Source: Bifidobacterium breve
GTDB taxonomy: Bacteria; Actinomycetota; Acidimicrobiia; Acidimicrobiales; Acidimicrobilacustridaceae
DNA length: 64,000 nt
Assembly: GCA_945860545.1 (NCBI GenBank)
Contig: CAMAQM010000002.1
Coordinates: 57,942-121,941 of the forward strand
Reading direction: 5' to 3'
Part shown: positions 30,779 to 39,176 of the stretch, piece after piece
Layout: each line of letters starts with the position of its first letter
Numbering within the stretch: the stretch's first letter is position 1
The notes under the pieces: generated by a model
The model's database searches: none
What the model was told of the DNA's origin: nothing
What the model saw: the letters and a program-made list of their open reading frames with translations, nothing else
Translations under genes and position numbers: made by a program

Positions 30779-32590
30779 GTGACGACCGTGTCCCCCGTCG
30801 GTGTCAGCCCCGACCCGCGTCGACCGTGGGTGCCCACTCCTTTCACCCGACTGGCCCGCACCCACGCCCTGTCGGTGGCGGGGGACACGCTGTTCACGGC
30901 GGCCATGGCCGGAACCGTGTTCTTCTCGGTCACCGACTTCGACGCCGCCCGTGGCCGGGTGGCGTTGCTTTTGGTGTTCACCATCGCCCCGTTCGCCGTT
31001 GCCGCCCCGTTGCTCGGACCACTGCTCGACCGGGCCCGAGGGGGGCGCCGCTGGATGATTCTGGGTATCGCCGTCGCCCGTGCCGTGTTGTGCGTGCTCA
31101 TCATCTGGCATTGGGACCTCTGGCTGTTCTACGTCGAGGCGTTGTTGTTCCTCGTGTTGTCCAAGGGGTACCTCATCGCCCGCGGGGCGGTGGTGCCCAC
31201 CACGGTGCACAACGACGCCGAACTGGTCGCCGCCAATTCGCGGCTCGCCCTGCTCAGCGGCGTGACGGCCGTGCTCGCCGGTGGGCCGGCCATCGTGCTG
31301 TTGTGGCTGGGTGGGTCTTCTTGGGTGTTGGGACTCGCCGCGGTGTTGTTCGTGGGGTGCGCGGTGGCCGCCGCCCAACTGCCTGCCGCCAGGGTGGCGT
31401 CTGCTCCGGCCGACGCCGTGGAGATCGCCGAGTTGCGCAGCACCGGGATCCTGGTGGCGGCCACCTCAATGGGGGCGGTGCGGTTCATCGTCGGGTTCCT
31501 CGTGTTCCAGGTCGGGTTCTACGCCAAGGACAACGACCAGGGGCTCCTCATCGTGTTCGCCGCCATTGGGGCCCAGGCGGGTTTCCTCATTGGGTCGCTC
31601 GGCTCCCCGGTGCTGCGACGACGGTTCTCCGAGGAACGCATCCTGGCCATCGCGTTGGCGGTCACGATCGCCGTCGGGCTGGTGTCGGTGCTGATCGGTC
31701 TCGCCGCCGACGGCAGCGCCGTCACGTTGGGGGCGGGCGCCACACTGCTGTCGATGGCGGTGGGGGCCACCTCCAACGTGGGCAAGCAGGCCTTTGACGC
31801 GCTGGTGCAGCGCGACGCCCCTGACGCCAACCGGGGACGCTCGTTCGCCCGTTTTGAGACCCGATTCCAGCTGATCTGGGTGTTCGGCGCGTTGCTGCCT
31901 ACCGCCGTGGTGCTCCCCATGGAGGTGAGCTTCGCGCTGGTGTGTGCCGTTGCAGCGTTCGCGTTGTTGTCCTACCTGGTGGGTCGCCAACGGGCCGCTG
32001 CGGGTCGTGACCACCGTCTCGTCCGCCTGCCCCCACTGCCGCGGCGTCGTCGCCGTGCCGACGGGCAGGACGCGGTGACTGCGGGTGCACAGCGCCGGCG
32101 GGCTGATTCCCCAGCGGAGGCGGGGTCCACCGCCCGGGTCGCCCGCCGTCGACGGAGCGGACCGGATCGTCGGCGGGTGGTTCCGCCGGTGGGGACCGGA
32201 TCGTTGCCGGACTGGCCCACGGTTGCCGACCTGCCGCCGGTGACCCCCACCCCCGCATCAACGGGTCGCCTCGGCCTGGACGACGACGACACCGTGCCGA
32301 CCCCCGAGATGGGCGACCCTGAGGGCGCAGCGCTGTTCGGAGCGGGTGGTGAACCGCTCCACCGACCGGTGCTCGACCCCCGGGTGGCGCTCGACCCGAC
32401 CGTTTCCGTCGAGGGCCCCGTGGTTGACCCCACGCGGGACCTCGGGTTCCTTGACGACCCCGATGGTTCCCCGGGCTCCCGGCGGGGTTCGAACCGTCGA
32501 CTGGGATTGGGTCGTCGTCGACGCAGTGGGCGGCGACGGCGACGGAGTGACCGTGACCAACCACTCCCGGGTTTCGACGATTTCGGCTGA
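30779..32590 (+). CDS. MFS-like polytopic membrane protein with long Arg/Pro-rich C-terminal tail
   Basis: About 400 aa of alternating hydrophobic segments are followed by about 200 aa of low-complexity R/P/D-rich sequence. Confidence 0.6.
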   Translation: MTTVSPVGVSPDPRRPWVPTPFTRLARTHALSVAGDTLFTAAMAGTVFFSVTDFDAARGRVALLLVFTIAPFAVAAPLLGPLLDRARGGRRWMILGIAVARAVLCVLIIWHWDLWLFYVEALLFLVLSKGYLIARGAVVPTTVHNDAELVAANSRLALLSGVTAVLAGGPAIVLLWLGGSSWVLGLAAVLFVGCAVAAAQLPAARVASAPADAVEIAELRSTGILVAATSMGAVRFIVGFLVFQVGFYAKDNDQGLLIVFAAIGAQAGFLIGSLGSPVLRRRFSEERILAIALAVTIAVGLVSVLIGLAADGSAVTLGAGATLLSMAVGATSNVGKQAFDALVQRDAPDANRGRSFARFETRFQLIWVFGALLPTAVVLPMEVSFALVCAVAAFALLSYLVGRQRAAAGRDHRLVRLPPLPRRRRRADGQDAVTAGAQRRRADSPAEAGSTARVARRRRSGPDRRRVVPPVGTGSLPDWPTVADLPPVTPTPASTGRLGLDDDDTVPTPEMGDPEGAALFGAGGEPLHRPVLDPRVALDPTVSVEGPVVDPTRDLGFLDDPDGSPGSRRGSNRRLGLGRRRRSGRRRRRSDRDQPLPGFDDFG

Positions 32591-32608
32591 ACCCGCTGGG
32601 TCTCCGAC

Positions 32609-33829
32609 TCAGTCGAGGGGCAGGTCGATGCGGGCCAGCCACAGACCGGGGGCGTCGACCTCAGCGGGGGTGGGGAGGTTGCGGGGTTCGTCCCACAGCC
32701 GGGAGATCGCCTCCGCCCCGGCGCGTTCGGCCACGCCGTCGACGAATCGTCGTCCCCGTTCGTAGGTGGCCTGGGTCATTTCAAGTCCCAGCAGGCGCTC
32801 GACGAAACGGTCGGCGTCGCTCGCTTCGACCCGTCGTCGCCGCAACGCCTCGGTGAGTTGGGCGTAGTCGCCGAGCAACCCGTTGCCGATGGTGTCCATG
32901 ACGTGGTCCACGACGCCCACCACGACCGCGACAGCGGCCTCGAGGTCGGGGAGCAGCGCCTCTTGGGCGGGGCTGCGGAGTGCGCCCAACAGCACATCGG
33001 GGCTCCCAAGCAGGCCGGCCATTGCGGCGGGGTCACCGAGTTGGTCAGGGTCGATCCCCCCGAGGCGGTCTGACAGGTCGGCAGCGCCGGGGTCGAACCC
33101 GCTGGCGTAGGCGTTGAGCAGTTCGGTGAGGCGGGCGCGCACGTGAGGGACGTCGAGTACGGCGTGGTGGGCGAGTTCGTGGATGCACACCCACAGGCGT
33201 ACGTCATCGGCCGGCAGGCTCCAGTCGGCGGCGAACTCGTCGACGGTGGCGGCAACGACCAGGACCGGTTCCCGGGTGGGCCGGGGGATGGGCAGGTCGT
33301 ACTGCCCGAAGGATCGGCGGGCGAGGTTGCCCACCATTGACCCGGTGGCGAGACCGACCATCATCGGGCCCATCATCTCCATGAGCGGTCCGAACATGGC
33401 GAGCGGGTCGCCCGGGTCGGGCGGCCCGTCGTCGTCGGGGGCTGTGGCCAACGACGACGCCAGCACGTCGAGGAGGTCGCGGTAGTCGTCGAGGGTGCGC
33501 TCCACCCAGCGGGTCCGTGTCACGGGTTCCACGAGGGAGATGCCTGCAGTGGGGACCCCAAGTCCGGTCACCCGGGTGACGTGCAACTCGGCCACCCGGG
33601 CCAGTTCCTCGAGCCGGATCCTCACCAGCGGATCCACGTTGGGTTCGCTGCGTCCACCGGTGGCGACCTGCACGGCGAACTGCCGGGCGGTGTCTCGGGG
33701 GCCGAACCCCGGGCGACCCATCTGCTGGTTCAGCATCCTGGCGAGGTCACCGAACAGCGGCACACCCCGGAACGGGTCGTCGTCGGGGTCCTCGCCTGGT
33801 CCGAGGGGGAAGTCGGGGGGTGGAGTCAC
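32609..33829 (-). CDS. zinc-dependent metalloprotease, DUF2342 family
   Basis: HELAHH metal motif in the context WVCIHELAHHAVL. Size and pattern fit the actinobacterial DUF2342 hydrolase family. Confidence 0.7.
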   Translation of the reverse strand: MTPPPDFPLGPGEDPDDDPFRGVPLFGDLARMLNQQMGRPGFGPRDTARQFAVQVATGGRSEPNVDPLVRIRLEELARVAELHVTRVTGLGVPTAGISLVEPVTRTRWVERTLDDYRDLLDVLASSLATAPDDDGPPDPGDPLAMFGPLMEMMGPMMVGLATGSMVGNLARRSFGQYDLPIPRPTREPVLVVAATVDEFAADWSLPADDVRLWVCIHELAHHAVLDVPHVRARLTELLNAYASGFDPGAADLSDRLGGIDPDQLGDPAAMAGLLGSPDVLLGALRSPAQEALLPDLEAAVAVVVGVVDHVMDTIGNGLLGDYAQLTEALRRRRVEASDADRFVERLLGLEMTQATYERGRRFVDGVAERAGAEAISRLWDEPRNLPTPAEVDAPGLWLARIDLPLD

Positions 33830-33869
33830 CGGCTCAGCCTACGGCCGCTGCGTGCCAATGGGTGCCGGG

Positions 33870-35102
33870 TCAGGGAACGCCGGGGGCGCCCCGCAGGCGG
33901 GTCACCACCGTCACCGGGGCGCCGTCGCGCACCACGGCGATGTCAACTTCGTCACCGGGTTGGTAGCGGCGAACCTCGGTGACCGAGTCGTTGAGGTCGT
34001 TGACATCAGCGCCGTTGATGGCGGTGATCACGTCGCCCGGTGCGAGTCCGTCGGGTGCGGGGGCCGCAACCGGACTCACGACCACACCTCCGGACACGTT
34101 GAGGGCGTCTGCGGTGGCGTCGTCGAGTTCCTCGACCGCCACGGCGAGATCGGCGGTGTTGATCTCGCCGGAGTCCATGAGCTGGCGGTACACCTGACGG
34201 GCGTAGTCGAAGGGGGTGGCGTAGCGGGCGGCGTCGTCACCGTCGGTGCGGGCGGTGACGATTCCGAGCACCGAACCGTTGCCGTCGAGGAGCACCCCAC
34301 CGGCGGGGTTGGTGGTTGCGTCGGGTTCGAGACGAACCTCGACCATGCCGTACATCGGTGTGCCACCCTGACCCCCGTCGGGGCCGAGGGCCTCGGCGGG
34401 GAGTTCGGTGGACGGGCCTGACACCACGGCTTCGCTGACCTGGGGCCCATCGCCCGCCGAAGCGGCGTTGACGAGCACCACCGAGTCGCCGAAGGCCACT
34501 GCCTCGTCAAGACGGGCGTCGGGGAGTGCTGCCACGGGCAGACCGTTGGCCTCGATGTCGAGAACCCCGAGGTCGGTTCCGCGGTGGCGGCCAACCAGCG
34601 TGGCGGGATAGACGGTGCCGTCGTCGAGGGTGACGGTGATGTCGTCTGCGGCGTCGAGCACGTCGGAGTTCGTGAGCACCATCCCGTCGTCACGCACCAC
34701 AACCCCGGTGGCGGTGCGTTCTCCTGCGGGGCCACGCACCCGGACTGACGCCACCGACGGCAGGGCTGCTTCGGCCACCGCCAACTCGTCGACGGTGGCG
34801 GTGCGGGCAATGGGGGCGGCTATGCGTTCCACGGTGGATCCGGTGGAGTTCTGGCCCACCGATCCGGAGGCCACCAACGCCCCGATACCGATCACCGAAC
34901 CGCCGATGAGGCCCATGGCGGCCGCCACGAGAACCCGGCTCATCGCCGGTCGTTTGCGCAGGATCACCCGCGGTCCCGTGTCGGCGTAGACGCCGAGTTC
35001 TGACGGGTGCCGCCACAACCGGTCCTCAAGGGGAACCGGTGGTTGGAACGCGTCGCGGCGCCCGCGGTTGTCGGATCCAGACATCATTGTGATCCTAGTC
35101 AC
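33870..35102 (-). CDS. S1C trypsin-like serine protease with PDZ domain
   Basis: N-terminal TM segment and a C-terminal PDZ-like LAPGDVITAINGADV. An alternative start ATG 35087 has a better-spaced AGGA. Confidence 0.8.
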   Translation of the reverse strand: MTRITMMSGSDNRGRRDAFQPPVPLEDRLWRHPSELGVYADTGPRVILRKRPAMSRVLVAAAMGLIGGSVIGIGALVASGSVGQNSTGSTVERIAAPIARTATVDELAVAEAALPSVASVRVRGPAGERTATGVVVRDDGMVLTNSDVLDAADDITVTLDDGTVYPATLVGRHRGTDLGVLDIEANGLPVAALPDARLDEAVAFGDSVVLVNAASAGDGPQVSEAVVSGPSTELPAEALGPDGGQGGTPMYGMVEVRLEPDATTNPAGGVLLDGNGSVLGIVTARTDGDDAARYATPFDYARQVYRQLMDSGEINTADLAVAVEELDDATADALNVSGGVVVSPVAAPAPDGLAPGDVITAINGADVNDLNDSVTEVRRYQPGDEVDIAVVRDGAPVTVVTRLRGAPGVP

Positions 35103-35168
35103 GACCTCCCCGAAAAGGAGGTCGCCCCCCTCGGGGCGGGTCGGCGGTCGGCTCGGTAGGCTAAATCT

Positions 35169-35816
35169 GTGGATTCGGGCGCCGATCAGGCTTCAGATGA
35201 CGGTCTTGGCGACGCTCCGATCGGGGTGATTGAGGATCCCGCCGGGCGATGGCGGGTCACTCTGGGTGCTCGGGCCCTTGACGCCGGGGCCCTCGGGGCA
35301 TCGGTAGTTCTCCCCTCGTGCGGTGCTGTAGTGACCTTCACTGGCACGACCCGCGACCATGCCCCCGATCCCGCAGGGGGGTTGCGCACCGGGATTGGGC
35401 GACTCGACTATGAGGCGTATGAGACCGAGGCACTGGCCCGCATGGCCAAGGTGGCGGCAACCACCTGTGATCGCTGGCCGACCGTCGGTCGGGTGGAGAT
35501 CGCCCATCGACTGGGCTCCGTCGACCTCGGTGAGGCGTCGGTGGTGGTGGCGGTGTCCGCCGCCCACCGCGACGGCGCATTTGAGGCGGCACGGTTCGCC
35601 ATCGACACGGTCAAAGCCACGGTGCCCATCTGGAAACGCGAAGCGTGGGACGGGGGCAGCGACTGGGCGGGCGGGGCCGTTGCGGTGACCAGCCTGCCCG
35701 CGGCACCGGGGCAAGGTGACGTGATTGCGTCCGCCACCGATCCAGCATTCGCAGCCGGCGCCTCCATGTCCGATACTGGAGCCCACCAACGAGCATCAGG
35801 GGACCCGGTCCAATGA
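35169..35816 (+). CDS. moaE: molybdopterin synthase catalytic subunit
   Basis: GAVVTFTGTTRDH, LDYEAYETEA, IAHRLGSVDLGEASVVVAVSAAHR, VPIWKRE. N- and C-terminal extensions are present. Confidence 0.75.
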   Translation: MDSGADQASDDGLGDAPIGVIEDPAGRWRVTLGARALDAGALGASVVLPSCGAVVTFTGTTRDHAPDPAGGLRTGIGRLDYEAYETEALARMAKVAATTCDRWPTVGRVEIAHRLGSVDLGEASVVVAVSAAHRDGAFEAARFAIDTVKATVPIWKREAWDGGSDWAGGAVAVTSLPAAPGQGDVIASATDPAFAAGASMSDTGAHQRASGDPVQ

Positions 35817-35865
35817 GGGGAGCGGTCCACCCCGGGGGTGCCGGCAAGAGCAACAGGGGCAACGG

Positions 35866-36129
35866 TTGGGAAATCTGATCTTTCTGGTCGGGGCCATTGG
35901 CCTGTCGGTGGTTGGTTCGGTGGTGCTGTGGATGCGCAACCGTCCGGCCACGTCAACGCTGTCGAGCATCGACGCCTTCAAGCGCGAGATGACGGCGTTG
36001 GGCAGTGAGCGACCGGTGGGCCCTCCCGCCGGGCCGGCGCCGCGCCCCTCGGCGGGGACGGTCCGTGCCGTCGCCCCTGATCCCGCCGCCCAAGGACACC
36101 CCGATGGTGTCGACGTGGGCGGCTCGTAA
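35866..36129 (+). CDS. small membrane protein coupled to mreB
   Basis: One hydrophobic segment (LIFLVGAIGLSVVGSVVLW). Its TAA stop overlaps the mreB ATG (TAATG). The TTG 35866 start is a guess; the track ORF starts at 35725 inside moaE. Confidence 0.35.
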   Translation: MGNLIFLVGAIGLSVVGSVVLWMRNRPATSTLSSIDAFKREMTALGSERPVGPPAGPAPRPSAGTVRAVAPDPAAQGHPDGVDVGGS

Positions 36130-37130
36130 TGGCCCGCGACCTCGCCATCGACCTTGGAACCGCCAATACGCTCGTGTACGAGCGGGGCAGCGGCATCGTG
36201 CTCAACGAGCCGTCGGTGATCGCCCTCAACAGCCGCACCCAGGACGTGCTGGCCATGGGACATGAGGCTTGGCAGATGATCGGCCGCACCCCGAGCTACA
36301 TCGTGGCGGTCCGGCCGTTGCGCAAGGGAGCCATCACCGACTTCGAGGTGACCCAACGGATGATTCGTCTGCTCATGCAGCGCGTCGGGGTGAGCCGGTT
36401 CAACCGGCCTCGGGTCGTGATCTGTGTGCCGTCGGCGATCACCGCGGTGGAAAAACGTGCCGTGACCGAGGCGGCCCGCCGTGCCGGAGCGGCCGAAGCC
36501 CACCTGCTTGAACAACCCATGGCGGCCGCCATCGGGGCAGGCCTCCCCATTCACGAGCCTCTCGGGAACATGGTCGTCGACATCGGCGGCGGCACCAGTG
36601 AGGTCGCGCTCATCTCCCTCGGTGGGGTGGTGGCGCTCGAGGCGGTGCGGGTCGGGTCGTTCGACATCGACGCCGCCATCCAGACCTGGGTCCGCCGGGA
36701 GTACGGCATCGCCATCGGGGAACGCACCGCTGAGGAGATCAAGGTCACCATCGGTTCGGCGTGGCCCACCGACGACGAGTTCGCTGCGGAGGTCCGCGGC
36801 CGGGAACTCATGAGTGGCCTGCCCAAGACCGTCGTGCTCACCGCTGCGGAGGTGCGCGACGCCATCGACGAACCGGTGTCAGCCATGGCCGAGGCGGTGG
36901 TGACCTGTCTGGGTCAGGCGCCAGCGGAACTCGCCCAGGACCTCATTGGCCAAGGCATTCATCTCGTCGGCGGCGGGGCGCTGCTTCGGGGGTTCGACCA
37001 GCGACTCAGCAACGACACCGCAGTACCGGTGAACCTCGTCGATGCCCCTCTCGAGTGTGTCGTGCTCGGCGCCGGTCACTGCATCGAGGCGTACGATCAG
37101 CTTCGGGCCATGTTCATGGACGAACGCTGA
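36129..37130 (+). CDS. mreB: rod shape-determining protein MreB
   Basis: DLAIDLGTANTLVY, VICVPS, DIGGGTSEVA, GIHLVGGGALLRG: the actin-fold phosphate and adenosine motifs. Confidence 0.92.
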   Translation: MARDLAIDLGTANTLVYERGSGIVLNEPSVIALNSRTQDVLAMGHEAWQMIGRTPSYIVAVRPLRKGAITDFEVTQRMIRLLMQRVGVSRFNRPRVVICVPSAITAVEKRAVTEAARRAGAAEAHLLEQPMAAAIGAGLPIHEPLGNMVVDIGGGTSEVALISLGGVVALEAVRVGSFDIDAAIQTWVRREYGIAIGERTAEEIKVTIGSAWPTDDEFAAEVRGRELMSGLPKTVVLTAAEVRDAIDEPVSAMAEAVVTCLGQAPAELAQDLIGQGIHLVGGGALLRGFDQRLSNDTAVPVNLVDAPLECVVLGAGHCIEAYDQLRAMFMDER

Positions 37131-37149
37131 CCTGGGCGCTGCGCCGAGG

Positions 37150-37857
37150 TCAGCGGTGGGGGTCGAGCAGCACCGACGCGGCTTGACGCACTTGCCAGTC
37201 CCGGTCCTCGGTGGCGCGTTGCAGCGCCTCGTCAACGCCGGCTTCGCCCAGGAATGCCGCCAGGGCGATCACTGCCCGTCGCCGGACCGCCGGCTTGTCC
37301 TTCGTGGCGGCCAGCACCGCCGGGAGCCCGTTGGGGTCCCCCACGGCGCCGAGGGCCGCAGCCGCCGCTTCGCGGACCAATGGGTCGTCGTGGTCGGTGA
37401 CGGCGGTGCCGAGCAACGCCACGACGGTGCGCCGCTCGGCTGCCGACAGGGGCTCGAACTCCGACGATGCCAGCTCACCGAGCGCCCACGCCGCCGCTTC
37501 GGCCACGAGGCCGTCGGGGTCGCCCAGCAGGATCACGAGTGCACCGTGGTCCGACCCGCCCCCGCTGGGCCCGGGTGGGTCCTGGGGCCCTCCGATGGCG
37601 CTCCAGCGGCGACCGAGCTCCTCTGCGAGACGGCGGCGGACCGATGGAGCGCCGTCGGCCACGAGCACCACGACGGACTCGCTGCCGAGGGCGTCGAGAC
37701 GCACGAGTGCGCCGAGGGCGGCGGTGCGTACACCCGGGTCGGGGTCGCCGAGGAACGCCATGGCGGCGGCAAGATCGTTGCGGTGACCGGCGAGCGCGGC
37801 TTCACGCCGTCGGGTCTGGGGGGTCGTCGGCCGACCGTGGTCAGAGGTGGTGTTCAT
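37150..37857 (-). CDS. HEAT repeat-containing protein
   Basis: Recurring units of D..VR..AA.ALG... (DPGVRTAALGAL, PSVRRRLAEELG, LVAEAAAWALGEL, LVREAAAAALGAV, AVRRRAVIALAAF). Confidence 0.55.
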   Translation of the reverse strand: MNTTSDHGRPTTPQTRRREAALAGHRNDLAAAMAFLGDPDPGVRTAALGALVRLDALGSESVVVLVADGAPSVRRRLAEELGRRWSAIGGPQDPPGPSGGGSDHGALVILLGDPDGLVAEAAAWALGELASSEFEPLSAAERRTVVALLGTAVTDHDDPLVREAAAAALGAVGDPNGLPAVLAATKDKPAVRRRAVIALAAFLGEAGVDEALQRATEDRDWQVRQAASVLLDPHR

Positions 37858-37910
37858 GGCAGGCTGGTGCTCCGTCGCCGGCGCCGTGCCGGTCCAACCA
37901 GGAGACACCG

Positions 37911-39122
37911 TTGAACCAGAGCGTACCGGGTGACCCTCTCGGCCAAGGTGGTGTCGCACCTCCCGTCGACGGACAAGGGTCCCTTGGCGTGGACGGGAAC
38001 CCCGCCGGTGGGACCGGGCGTCGCCGGGTCGACTGGCGGGTGGCCGGCGGGGTCGCCGTCGTCGTGGCAGTCCTGTTGGTCGGGGCGTTCTGGCGGGTTC
38101 CGTACTTCACGGTCGCACCGGGATCGTTGCGTGCCACCGAACCGCTCATCTCGGTGGAAGGTGCCCCCACTTACCCCGATGACGCCGGCGAGATCGGCTA
38201 CCTCACCGTCACCTTCGGCCAGACCACCCCGTTCGGGCTGGTCCGGGCGTGGATCGACGGCGACATCGAGGTGCTGAGCGAGGATCAGGCGCTTGGCGGT
38301 CTGAACCGTGACGAGAACCGTGAGGTCAACGAGGCGTTGATGACCAACGCCAAGGACACCGCCACCGCCGTGGCGCTCGACGCCCTCGGTTATGACGTGG
38401 AGTTGTTGGGCACCGGGTCCATCGTGATCAACGTGGAGGACGGGACCCCGGCGGTGGGGGTGGTGCAGCCGGGTGACGTCATCGTGTCAGTCGACGGCGA
38501 GCCGGTGACCACAGCAATCGAACTCACCGAGTTGTTGGCCCTGGCGGTCCCCGGCCAGGAGGTGCTCCTCGGTGTCCAGCCGCAGTCGGCCTCGATGATG
38601 GTGGGGCACGCCGGATCCCAGCCACCGGCCTCGACCGAACCCGAGCGTGAGGTGTCGGTGACGCTGGCGGAGCGGCCCGACGAGCCCGGTCGCGCCTACC
38701 TCGGGGTTCGTTCAGCCACCCGTGACGCCACCTACAACCTCCCCTTTGAGGTCACCATCGATTCGGGCAACGTCATCGGCCCCTCGGCGGGTTTGGCGTT
38801 CACGTTGGCGGTGATCGACGTGTTGACCCCGGGCAACCTCACCGGTGGACGCACCGTGGCGGTGACGGGGACCATCTCACCGTCGGGTCAGGTGGGTCGG
38901 GTGGGGGGTGTCCCCCAGAAGGCGGCGGCGGCCATGGGGGCCGGTGCGACCGTCTATCTGGTACCGGTGGACGAGGCGGAGCAGGCTCGAACCCGGGCCG
39001 GTGACACCATGGAGGTGGTGCCGGTGGCCACCCTTGACGAGGCGTTGGCCTACCTCGCCACCCTGAGTGGCGACACCTCAGTTGTGGACATCGTGGCCGC
39101 CAATCGGGCGGCCGAGGGGTAG
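37911..39122 (+). CDS. PDZ domain plus Lon-like S16 peptidase domain protein (YlbL/SdrC-like)
   Basis: TM segment, PDZ-like VQPGDVIVSVDGEPV, and an S16 Ser-Lys context GPSAGLAFTLAV ... GGVPQKAAAA. GGAGA lies 5 nt before TTG 37911. Confidence 0.8.
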   Translation: MNQSVPGDPLGQGGVAPPVDGQGSLGVDGNPAGGTGRRRVDWRVAGGVAVVVAVLLVGAFWRVPYFTVAPGSLRATEPLISVEGAPTYPDDAGEIGYLTVTFGQTTPFGLVRAWIDGDIEVLSEDQALGGLNRDENREVNEALMTNAKDTATAVALDALGYDVELLGTGSIVINVEDGTPAVGVVQPGDVIVSVDGEPVTTAIELTELLALAVPGQEVLLGVQPQSASMMVGHAGSQPPASTEPEREVSVTLAERPDEPGRAYLGVRSATRDATYNLPFEVTIDSGNVIGPSAGLAFTLAVIDVLTPGNLTGGRTVAVTGTISPSGQVGRVGGVPQKAAAAMGAGATVYLVPVDEAEQARTRAGDTMEVVPVATLDEALAYLATLSGDTSVVDIVAANRAAEG

Positions 39123-39176
39123 CGAACCCTTCGGTCCGCATGTCGGTATTGGCCTCCGCTGCCCTAGAGTGACGTC

